From a virus (taxonomy: Duplodnaviria > Heunggongvirae > Uroviricota > Caudoviricetes): DNA of 37,945 nt. How positions within the stretch are numbered: the stretch's first letter is position 1; each line of letters opens with the position of its first letter. Under the pieces are notes generated by a model, which saw only the letters and a list, made by a program, of their open reading frames with translations, had not been told where the DNA came from and ran no database searches. This document shows positions 1 through 7,314 of the stretch, in pieces. The DNA lies in IMG/VR virus record IMGVR_UViG_2526164597_000009, one strand, 5' to 3'. The position numbers and the translations under genes were made by a program.

Positions 1-1053
1 TTACGGGGTAATGCCAACCGCTGCCGCCACTTTGTCGCCACTTGGCAGCGTTGCCAGAGGATTGAAACGGAGCGCCGTTTCCAGATGATCCGGTGCCAGA
101 TGTGCGTAACGCATCGTCATTTTTATATCGTGATGTCCGAGAATTTTTTGTAAGGCCAGGATGTTTCCACCCGACATCATGAAGTGCGCCGCAAACGTAT
201 GGCGCAGAACGTGTGTGAGTTGACCGCGAGGGAGCACGATAGACGTTTTTTCCATCACGGATAAAAATTGAAAATAGCAGTCTGTGAAGAAATTGAACCC
301 ATCAAGCGCCATGATCTCTTCGTAAAGCTCTTTACTGATAGGGATGCTTCTGTTTTTCTTCCCCTTCGTTCTTACAAATGTAATTCGGTATTTGGTCACC
401 TGTGAACGAGTAAGATTTACGGCTTCTCGCCAGCGTGCGCCTGTGCTTAAGCATATCTTAACTACCAGTGCCAGAATTGGGTCCTGACGTTTGCAATCAG
501 CCAGTAATTCAACAATCTGCTCATGGGTAAGCCATGCCATCTCTTTTTCAGCGATGGTGAATTTTCGCATGTTCTCCAGTGGGTTCGGATACGACCATTC
601 GCCCAGGCGGGATAGTTCGCTAAAAACACTACTAAGATAGCTTTGCTCCAGGTTAATGGTGACCGGGCTTGCTCCTTTCTTCCATTTTTCGCTGAAGTAG
701 ATCTCTCCTGTCAGGCGTTTATCTCGATAGTGGGCAAACATTTTAGAGGTGAGATCGGTTGCAAGGGGATTGCCCAGAGCGTCAACTATCAACAGCAATT
801 TGTCATAGACATGCTGCCCAGCTGTCAGAGATTTACCATGTAGTTTGAACCATAGCTCAACCACGTCTTTCAGTGTTCGACGATCCACTGATTCACCCAG
901 CCAGGGCTTTGCTTCGGTTTCTTCCATCGTGTGACGCTCAAAAGCCAGAGCTTCACCTTTGGTGGCGAATTGTTTACGCACACGACGTCCACTACGTCCC
1001 GCGGGGTAACATTCGCATAGCCATTTTCCTGTGGTGAATTTTCGTACTGCCAT
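1..1053 (-). CDS. int: Tyrosine integrase (P2/186 Int family)
   Basis: ORF 1..1131 minus; start chosen at internal Met (MAVRKFTTGKW...) because GGAGG lies about 9 nt upstream; C-terminal HxxR...RYAHL catalytic region typical of P2-like integrases. Confidence 0.88.
   Translation of the reverse strand: MAVRKFTTGKWLCECYPAGRSGRRVRKQFATKGEALAFERHTMEETEAKPWLGESVDRRTLKDVVELWFKLHGKSLTAGQHVYDKLLLIVDALGNPLATDLTSKMFAHYRDKRLTGEIYFSEKWKKGASPVTINLEQSYLSSVFSELSRLGEWSYPNPLENMRKFTIAEKEMAWLTHEQIVELLADCKRQDPILALVVKICLSTGARWREAVNLTRSQVTKYRITFVRTKGKKNRSIPISKELYEEIMALDGFNFFTDCYFQFLSVMEKTSIVLPRGQLTHVLRHTFAAHFMMSGGNILALQKILGHHDIKMTMRYAHLAPDHLETALRFNPLATLPSGDKVAAAVGITP
19..40. repeat. Putative attL core (direct repeat cgctgccgccaCtttgtcgcca) lying inside the 3' end of int
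   Basis: 21 of 22 positions identical to 35091..35112; sits at the expected prophage boundary. Confidence 0.5.
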
Positions 1054-1078
1054 AAAAAATGCCCTCCAGTGGAGAGCA

Positions 1079-1106
1079 TTTTTACTGTATGTATAACCAG
1101 TGTCAA
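1079..1106 (-). promoter_or_regulatory. Candidate sigma70 promoter for int (-35 TTGACA, -10 TAAAAA) overlapping a near-consensus LexA-like box at 1085..1100
   Basis: Minus-strand TTGACA (plus 1101..1106), 16-bp spacer, TAAAAA; plus-strand CTGT-N8-CCAG at 1085..1100. Confidence 0.3.
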
Positions 1107-1142
1107 TGTATATGAATTGAGATTCATACATTGAGGTTAATT

Positions 1143-1748
1143 TTATCTTTCTACTTCCCAGCGTAGAGATTGCATTAACATAGCATAAATATTGAACAGG
1201 AAAGTTTTTAAAGTTAATACAAGGAACACTGCACTGCTTCCTACGAGTATATATAGTATTTGAACTCCAACAACTTTAGTGCAATGAGAAAACATTAAGG
1301 CTCTGAGTAATTTTGTAGCCAATCCATTTTCTTGCCCGAAAAGAAGGACTAAAAGATAGATAACAGACCAAAATATGAAATATATAAATACTCTCATAAA
1401 TACGCCATAAACATATTTTAAGTAACTTATCCCGTATAATGGATGCTTATACTCCATTAATGAAAGGAAAAGTTCAGGTTTATTTATGGTTGCAAATATT
1501 GTAAATCCAGTAATTAAAAAACCTAATGTTGTTGTAGTGAATCCGAATACTAAAGGTGTCCATTGTCTAATAGATGAAATTAACTCTGGTGATGAAGATA
1601 GACAAAAAGCATTAATAGATAATAATATCACTAATAATAATGTGAAATAAAAGTCAAATGAATTGACCTTTATTTTTTTAGTTAATTTGTAAACATCATG
1701 CAAAGATCGCTCTTTGGTCAGATCTTCTGGGTTGAATGTATATTTCAT
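1143..1748 (-). CDS. Hypothetical inner-membrane protein (about 4 predicted TM helices), last gene of the repressor-proximal cargo cassette
   Basis: 201-aa ORF in low-GC DNA; hydrophobic stretches such as LLLVILLSINAFCL, LVFGFTTTTLGFLITGFTIFATI, VFIYFIFWSVIYLLVLLFG, FLVLTLKTFLFNIYAML; start is 1 nt from upstream ORF stop. Confidence 0.6.
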   Translation of the reverse strand: MKYTFNPEDLTKERSLHDVYKLTKKIKVNSFDFYFTLLLVILLSINAFCLSSSPELISSIRQWTPLVFGFTTTTLGFLITGFTIFATINKPELFLSLMEYKHPLYGISYLKYVYGVFMRVFIYFIFWSVIYLLVLLFGQENGLATKLLRALMFSHCTKVVGVQILYILVGSSAVFLVLTLKTFLFNIYAMLMQSLRWEVER

Positions 1749-1749
1749 A

Positions 1750-2214
1750 CTATAGCCACCTAGAAATTATTGATGTTAACTTGGAAAAAATTTTAGTATA
1801 ATCTTCACGTTCTGGAATAATAATATTTCCTGCATCCTTTAATTCTGTGAATGCAGAATACGCCTCTTGAGCAGCTCTTTCCAAATCAGAACTAAGTTGT
1901 GGCCTTGATGCTTTTAGAGTAAAACTATCATTATTCCCTGATAGCCTTGCTCCGTGTTCATCTTTACCACTTATAATTACTTTAGAGTTGGCCATTCGGG
2001 TTGCACTTGTTGTTTTTTGAATGACGGCCTCAGAATTTAAACCATCTTCATTTTTATTTGTGTATACTAATTGAGCTTTACTACTATTAAGTTCTTCTTT
2101 TTCTTGTTCAATTTTCCTCCAGAAGCCATCAAGAGATATATTTTCACTATTTGTTGGCAATAACTCAATTGATAATCTATTAACAACAGAAAAGAGTTCA
2201 ACAAAATTGCTCAA
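1750..2214 (-). CDS. Hypothetical protein; probably the C-terminal part of a frameshifted about 348-aa gene (with 2294..2797)
   Basis: ORF begins with TTG and no good RBS; its frame is open upstream into the 3' end of the preceding ORF. Confidence 0.4.
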   Translation of the reverse strand: MSNFVELFSVVNRLSIELLPTNSENISLDGFWRKIEQEKEELNSSKAQLVYTNKNEDGLNSEAVIQKTTSATRMANSKVIISGKDEHGARLSGNNDSFTLKASRPQLSSDLERAAQEAYSAFTELKDAGNIIIPEREDYTKIFSKLTSIISRWL

Positions 2215-2293
2215 TGATCTTGGGTCTGTTAAGGGGGTAACCCGTAATTTGGGGGCTCCTAGTTTACGATAAATATCTTTTTTATACAGTCGA

Positions 2294-2797
2294 TCAATGT
2301 ATGATTTTTCTTTCTAATTCTTTTATTTTTTTTACTTCGTAATCCACAAAAGAATTATATCGCTGTGCAAGGCAATACTTGCTAGTATTTTCAAATTCTT
2401 CTAGGGTAGGGGCTCCAGAAACCTCTTTGCAAAGCATTAATCTGTGCTCATTAAGCATAAGAATAAAAATAGAGCTGGGGTGACTTTCTAGCGTCCTGTG
2501 ATCTCGAATTAATTGACCATCTTGAAATATTTGATCTCGTTTAAATATGGTCTTTTTTATAATGCGGCCACACAATGCAATTGTTGGAACTATAGGACCA
2601 ATAAAATCTGAATCTGTAGTATCTAACGTAATAATTTTTGTGTCAGTAAAGAAATATTCTGTATCTTTAAATTTTCTAACGTATTTTTGTGCGAAAAATG
2701 AAGGAAAAACAATGCAATCAAAAGCATCTAAGAGAACTTTGTCCTCTCCAAAATTTAAGGTATAGTTTGCAAATTCAATAGTTTTCGTAAAGCTCAT
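2294..2797 (-). CDS. Hypothetical protein; probably the N-terminal part of a frameshifted cargo gene
   Basis: 167-aa ORF in low-GC DNA starting 2 nt after the repressor stop; ends at an A5/T5 homopolymer (plus 2305..2309) where a 1-nt shift joins it to the next frame. Confidence 0.5.
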   Translation of the reverse strand: MSFTKTIEFANYTLNFGEDKVLLDAFDCIVFPSFFAQKYVRKFKDTEYFFTDTKIITLDTTDSDFIGPIVPTIALCGRIIKKTIFKRDQIFQDGQLIRDHRTLESHPSSIFILMLNEHRLMLCKEVSGAPTLEEFENTSKYCLAQRYNSFVDYEVKKIKELERKIIH

Positions 2798-2799
2798 TG

Positions 2800-3741
2800 T
2801 TAAACCCTTTTTCTAATTATTCCTTTAACTTTATTATTAAATTCCAAATCTTCTTTATCGCATTCAAAGCTATATTTTGTGTTTTCAACGCGGATGCGAT
2901 TGTTTGGAAGTTTAAATATGTCTCTAAAAGTAAATTCTCCGTTAATAGATACTAACCATAGACCATCGCTAAGATACTCCTCTTTGCTAATGATATATGA
3001 ATCATTTGCGGAATTAACTATATAGGGATGTTTTAAATTTTGAGGTAAAATTTCGCTCGAAACGATTAATTCTCTTTGATCAGTAAGTTTGCCGTCACGT
3101 AGATCATAGCAGTCTAATGTAAGCAACCCACTTAGCTTTGTTTGATTGGAATGCCCCTTACCAAAAGATAACCACTCGAGAGACACTCCTGTTTCTAAAC
3201 AGCATTGGATGATCCAGTCTGCCGGAAAAATGTCTCGCATGTATCGTGTAGCTAATGTGCTTTTTGAGATACCAAGGTGATCGGCTAAGGCTTGGCGCGT
3301 TTTGTAACCGTAAGCCTTAACAATTCGCTCTATTGCTGCTTTACCCCCTCGAGTGAAATCCATGTGGTTTTCATTATCGAACTTTATCGTGGGGGTGTGA
3401 ACTTCATTGCAAAATTCATCTGCAGACTGTTTTTCAGCATGCCGTTCTGGCGAAGGAGCTGGCACTCCTTCTTCAGCATCTAAACCAAATGCTAACCATT
3501 CGATTGATGCGCCAGTTTCCATTGAACATATAACAACCCAATCAGCAGGGAAGGTATCGCGTGCATATCTGTTAGCCATTGTACTTTGTGAAATACCAAG
3601 GTGGTTACAGAATGCTTGGCGTGATTTGAAACCATAGGCCATGAGTATTCTCTCAATGACTTTTTGCCCTCCTCGATTCTGCATGACCATGGCTTTCAGA
3701 TGATCTTCAACATGGCGAAATGTGATTTTATTAGTTGACAT
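2800..3741 (-). CDS. cI: Phage 186 CI-type immunity repressor with tandemly duplicated N-terminal HTH domain
   Basis: 313 aa; two about 65 percent identical modules (GGQKVIERILMAYGFKSRQAF...EWLAFG and GGKAAIERIVKAYGYKTRQAL...EWLSFG) then a C-terminal domain (GLWLVSINGEFTFRDIFKLPNNRIRVENTKYSFECD) resembling the 186 CI C-terminus as I recall it. Confidence 0.75.
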   Translation of the reverse strand: MSTNKITFRHVEDHLKAMVMQNRGGQKVIERILMAYGFKSRQAFCNHLGISQSTMANRYARDTFPADWVVICSMETGASIEWLAFGLDAEEGVPAPSPERHAEKQSADEFCNEVHTPTIKFDNENHMDFTRGGKAAIERIVKAYGYKTRQALADHLGISKSTLATRYMRDIFPADWIIQCCLETGVSLEWLSFGKGHSNQTKLSGLLTLDCYDLRDGKLTDQRELIVSSEILPQNLKHPYIVNSANDSYIISKEEYLSDGLWLVSINGEFTFRDIFKLPNNRIRVENTKYSFECDKEDLEFNNKVKGIIRKRV

Positions 3742-3763
3742 ATTCTTTATGCGAACCTATTCT
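3735..3763 (+). promoter_or_regulatory. Candidate lytic promoter pR (-35 TTGACA 3735..3740, 17-bp spacer, -10 TATTCT 3758..3763) in the cI/apl divergent region
   Basis: Consensus -35 with correct spacing to a 4 of 6 -10, directed into apl/cII. Confidence 0.4.
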
Positions 3764-3829
3764 CCGTTTTGTGAAGTTTTCGTCACGATTAATACCGGCT
3801 CACCACAAGCCAATAGGAGATGTTGCATC

Positions 3830-4051
3830 ATGACCCCTAACATTTCAATAACTCTGAATACGCCGCACGTCACAATTGAGCGTTATAGCGAACTTACTGG
3901 TCTTTCTATCGACACAATCAACGATATGCTGGCTGATGGTCGCATCCCTCGTCATCGCCTTCGGAAAGACAAGAAAAGAGAAAAGGTAATGATCAACCTT
4001 GCTGCTCTTACCGTTGATGCACTTACTGATTGCAATGTTGTATTCAACTAG
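3830..4051 (+). CDS. apl: Apl/Cox-like excisionase and transcriptional regulator (small HTH protein)
   Basis: 73-aa ORF with AGGAGA RBS 9 nt upstream of ATG at 3830; position between repressor and cII as in phage 186. Confidence 0.6.
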   Translation: MTPNISITLNTPHVTIERYSELTGLSIDTINDMLADGRIPRHRLRKDKKREKVMINLAALTVDALTDCNVVFN

Positions 4052-4083
4052 TTCCATTTTGGGATACATCAGGGGTGTCGACT

Positions 4084-4593
4084 ATGTTTGATTACCAAGT
4101 TTCCAAACATCCACATTTTGATGAAGCCTGTCGTGCATTCGCGCTGCGCCACAACCTGGTGCAACTGGCAGAACGTGCTGGCATGAATGTGCAGATTCTG
4201 CGGAACAAGCTGAACCCGGCTCAACCTCATTTATTAACCGCACCAGAAATCTGGCTGCTTACCGATCTGACTGAAGATTCAACGCTGGTAGATGGTTTTC
4301 TGGCTCAGATTCACTGCCTGCCATGCGTACCGATTAATGAGGTGGCAAAAGAGAAACTGCCACATTACGTCATGAGTGCAACCGCAGAGATCGGGCGTGT
4401 TGCTGCAGGTGCGGTATCTGGCGATGTAAAAACCAGTGCAGGTCGTCGTGATGCTATCAGCAGCATTAACTCTGTAACACGACTGATGGCGCTGGCGGCT
4501 GTTTCATTGCAGGCCCGTTTACAGGCTAATCCTGCGATGGCGAGTGCAGTTGATACCGTGACTGGCCTCGGTGCTTCATTCGGTTTGCTGTGA
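4084..4593 (+). CDS. cII: CII-like lysogeny establishment activator (186 CII family)
   Basis: 169 aa from [24 protein letters not shown]...; closely matches 186 CII as recalled ([20 protein letters not shown]...). Confidence 0.8.
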   Translation: MFDYQVSKHPHFDEACRAFALRHNLVQLAERAGMNVQILRNKLNPAQPHLLTAPEIWLLTDLTEDSTLVDGFLAQIHCLPCVPINEVAKEKLPHYVMSATAEIGRVAAGAVSGDVKTSAGRRDAISSINSVTRLMALAAVSLQARLQANPAMASAVDTVTGLGASFGLL

Positions 4594-4600
4594 GGTGCTT

Positions 4601-4777
4601 ATGCTTACTAAAGAACCATCATTTGCATCGCTGCTGGTAAAACAAAGTCCGGCAATGCACTACTACGGTCACGGCTGGATCATGGGGGAGGATGGTAAAC
4701 GCTGGCATCCGTGCCGTTCACAAGATGAATTGCTGGCAGAACTATCTACGAAAAAAGGGGGAACAAATGGCTATTGA
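4601..4777 (+). CDS. Small early phage protein, hypothetical
   Basis: 58-aa ORF with GAGG RBS; its stop overlaps the next gene start. Confidence 0.45.
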   Translation: MLTKEPSFASLLVKQSPAMHYYGHGWIMGEDGKRWHPCRSQDELLAELSTKKGGTNGY

Positions 4778-5108
4778 AGGCGCTGCGGCGACTGTTCCAT
4801 TAAGCCCCGGTGAACGCCTGAGTGGACTTAATCACATAGCGGAATTAAGGGCGAAAGTTTTTGGCCTGAATATTGAGTCAGAGCTTGAGCGGTTTATTAA
4901 AGATATGCGTGATCCACGGGATATCAATAATGAACAAAATAAACGGGCACTGGCTGCTATATTCTTTATGGCAAAAATTCCGGCTGAACGTCATAGCATC
5001 AGCATTAATGAGCTGACCACTGACGAAAAGCGGGAGCTGATTAAAGCAATGAATCATTTTCGTGCAGTGGTGAGCTTATTTCCCAGACGGCTAACCATGC
5101 CGAATTAA
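4767..5108 (+). CDS. Early phage protein, hypothetical
   Basis: 113 aa from MAIEGAAATVPLSP...; start overlaps upstream stop. Confidence 0.5.
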   Translation: MAIEGAAATVPLSPGERLSGLNHIAELRAKVFGLNIESELERFIKDMRDPRDINNEQNKRALAAIFFMAKIPAERHSISINELTTDEKRELIKAMNHFRAVVSLFPRRLTMPN

Positions 5109-5175
5109 CCAACTAATGAAATTAATGGCGTAAACCCGCCGGGCATCCCTTTATCTAAATTCAGGAGAATTGATT

Positions 5176-5409
5176 ATGCGTAATATTGAAACCCTCACGA
5201 CTAAAACCGGACCGGATGACGCAGGGCTTAATATTTTACTGACAGAGGCTCGTCTGGAAGAACGCCGGGCAAGGGCTGAAGCAATGGCAGCTCGCCTTGA
5301 TCGCCTGGCGTGTCATATCACATCCCGCCAGTTAAACCACGTCGAAGCGGCAGAACTGCTGCGTGTGACTGCTGAAGCAATCCAGAACGAAGCGCAGGAG
5401 ATCCACTGA
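5176..5409 (+). CDS. Early phage protein, hypothetical
   Basis: 77 aa; AGGAGA RBS at 5163..5168. Confidence 0.5.
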   Translation: MRNIETLTTKTGPDDAGLNILLTEARLEERRARAEAMAARLDRLACHITSRQLNHVEAAELLRVTAEAIQNEAQEIH

Positions 5410-5636
5410 TGGCTGATGCAATGGATCTCGTACAGCAGCGCGTTGAAGAAGAACGCCAGCGTCATATCCGTGCTGCCCGTGCCAAAACGCCGGGAGTGTC
5501 CCGCGTGCTTTGCGTTGAGTGTGAAGCGCCAATTCCGCCAGCACGCCGCCGTGCCATTCCGGGTGTGCAACTTTGCATTACCTGTCAGGAAATCGCAGAG
5601 CTGAAAGGCAAACATTACAACGGAGGTGCTGTATGA
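5409..5636 (+). CDS. TraR/DksA-family C4 zinc-finger protein
   Basis: CVEC...(17 aa)...CITC zinc-finger spacing; start overlaps upstream stop (TGATG). Confidence 0.7.
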   Translation: MADAMDLVQQRVEEERQRHIRAARAKTPGVSRVLCVECEAPIPPARRRAIPGVQLCITCQEIAELKGKHYNGGAV

Positions 5637-6487
5637 GCACCATCCTGAAATGGGCGGGAAATAAAACTGCCATAATGTCCGAACTGAAAAAACATCTTCC
5701 TGCTGGCCCGCGACTGGTTGAACCTTTCGCGGGTTCCTGTGCTGTGATGATGGAGACGGATTATCCCAGCTATCTGGTTGCGGATATTAATCCTGATTTA
5801 ATCAACCTCTATAAAAAGGTTGCCGCTGATTGTGAATCGTTTATATCTCGCGCCAGAGTTTTATTTGAGATCGCAAACAGGGAGGTGGCTTATTACAACA
5901 TAAGGCAGGAGTTTAATTACTCAACTGAAATTACTGATTTCATGAGAGCGGTATATTTCCTGTATCTCAATCGTCACGGTTACCGTGGTTTATGTCGCTA
6001 TAACAAGAGCGGGCATTTCAACATTCCCTACGGTAATTATAAAAATCCGTATTTCCCTGAAAAAGAAATTCGCGCATTTGCAGAAAAGGCCCAGCGAGCA
6101 ACGTTTATCTGCGCCAGCTTTGATGAAACGCTGGCGATGTTGAAGGCGGGGGATGTGGTGTATTGCGATCCGCCGTATGACGGTACGTTTTCCGGCTATC
6201 ACACTGATGGTTTCACTGAAGATGACCAGTATCACCTGGCATCCGTTCTTGAACATCGAGCATCTGAAGGACATCCGGTCATTGTTTCTAACAGTGACAC
6301 GTCTTTGACCCGGTCTCTTTATCGTAATTTCACTCACCACTACATCAGGGCGAAACGCAGCATCGGCGTTGCAGCGGGGGAGGGAAAATTTGCAACAGAG
6401 ATGATTGCCACTAAATCTGCTAATTGGTTTAGTGCCGATTTTAGTAGGGGACGTGACTCTACTGTTATTTTCGGGGTGCAAGTGTGA
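5633..6487 (+). CDS. dam: DNA adenine methyltransferase (Dam-like, N6-adenine)
   Basis: ILKWAGNK N-terminus, [11 protein letters not shown]-binding motif, CDPPYDG catalytic motif; ATGA overlap with upstream gene. Confidence 0.88.
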   Translation: MSTILKWAGNKTAIMSELKKHLPAGPRLVEPFAGSCAVMMETDYPSYLVADINPDLINLYKKVAADCESFISRARVLFEIANREVAYYNIRQEFNYSTEITDFMRAVYFLYLNRHGYRGLCRYNKSGHFNIPYGNYKNPYFPEKEIRAFAEKAQRATFICASFDETLAMLKAGDVVYCDPPYDGTFSGYHTDGFTEDDQYHLASVLEHRASEGHPVIVSNSDTSLTRSLYRNFTHHYIRAKRSIGVAAGEGKFATEMIATKSANWFSADFSRGRDSTVIFGVQV

Positions 6488-7314
6488 AAGAAATGCACCA
6501 CGGAATTCATCATTTCCATGGGACGCCTGTCTGGGGAAGTGCTGGCGACGTTCATCGTATTGCGGTGAGCGGAGCTGGTGCTTTCGTCTCCTATGTACGA
6601 CCAGATCAGATTGCGGCGTCCATTCAGCACGCCCAGGTCGTTGGCATTGATAACGGCGCATTTTCTGCATGGGTGCGTGGGCTAAAAATTAACTGGAATG
6701 ATTTTTATAAATGGCTCCTGAACTATTACCACCATCCTAAGGTCGCTTTTTTTGTCATTCCTGATGTTGTGGACGGAGGTGAACGTGACAATGATGCCCT
6801 GATAAACGAAGTTCCGAAAATGTTCTACGGGAAGGCAACTCCCGTCTGGCATCTGCACGAGTCAATCGATCGGCTTATCGAGCTATGTCGTGAATGGCCT
6901 CGTGTCTGCTTTGGATCGTCTGGTGAATATGCGGCTATTAGAACTGCGCACTGGCATCGTCGTATGCAGGACGCTTTTGAAGCAATTTATTGCCGACACA
7001 ATTTCAAAACAGCTGTTCATGGTTTGCGCATGCTTGACGGTCGTGTGTTGGGAAATTACCCACTGGCGACTGCCGACAGTACAAATCTTGCCTGCAATGT
7101 CCCCAAATTTAATAGCAAATATCCTGAGCTTACGCGGGCTATTCAGGAGGCTGAGTATTCGCGCAATCTGACGGAAAAGGAGCTGAAAGCTGTCATTCTG
7201 AAAAACCGTTGCGCAATTTTAAAAGGTGCAATTGAAGCTGTTCGCCCACCTTCAGTTTCTGACTGGCTGTCGAATGGTTTGCAGCCTTCACAGCTCGAAC
7301 TGGAGATTGCGTAA
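6484..7314 (+). CDS. Hypothetical enzyme translationally coupled to Dam and A; possible DNA-modification function
   Basis: 276-aa ORF with GTG start overlapping dam stop; motifs [35 protein letters not shown] faintly recall the TGT/DpdA TIM-barrel pattern (unverified). Confidence 0.55.
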   Translation: MKEMHHGIHHFHGTPVWGSAGDVHRIAVSGAGAFVSYVRPDQIAASIQHAQVVGIDNGAFSAWVRGLKINWNDFYKWLLNYYHHPKVAFFVIPDVVDGGERDNDALINEVPKMFYGKATPVWHLHESIDRLIELCREWPRVCFGSSGEYAAIRTAHWHRRMQDAFEAIYCRHNFKTAVHGLRMLDGRVLGNYPLATADSTNLACNVPKFNSKYPELTRAIQEAEYSRNLTEKELKAVILKNRCAILKGAIEAVRPPSVSDWLSNGLQPSQLELEIA

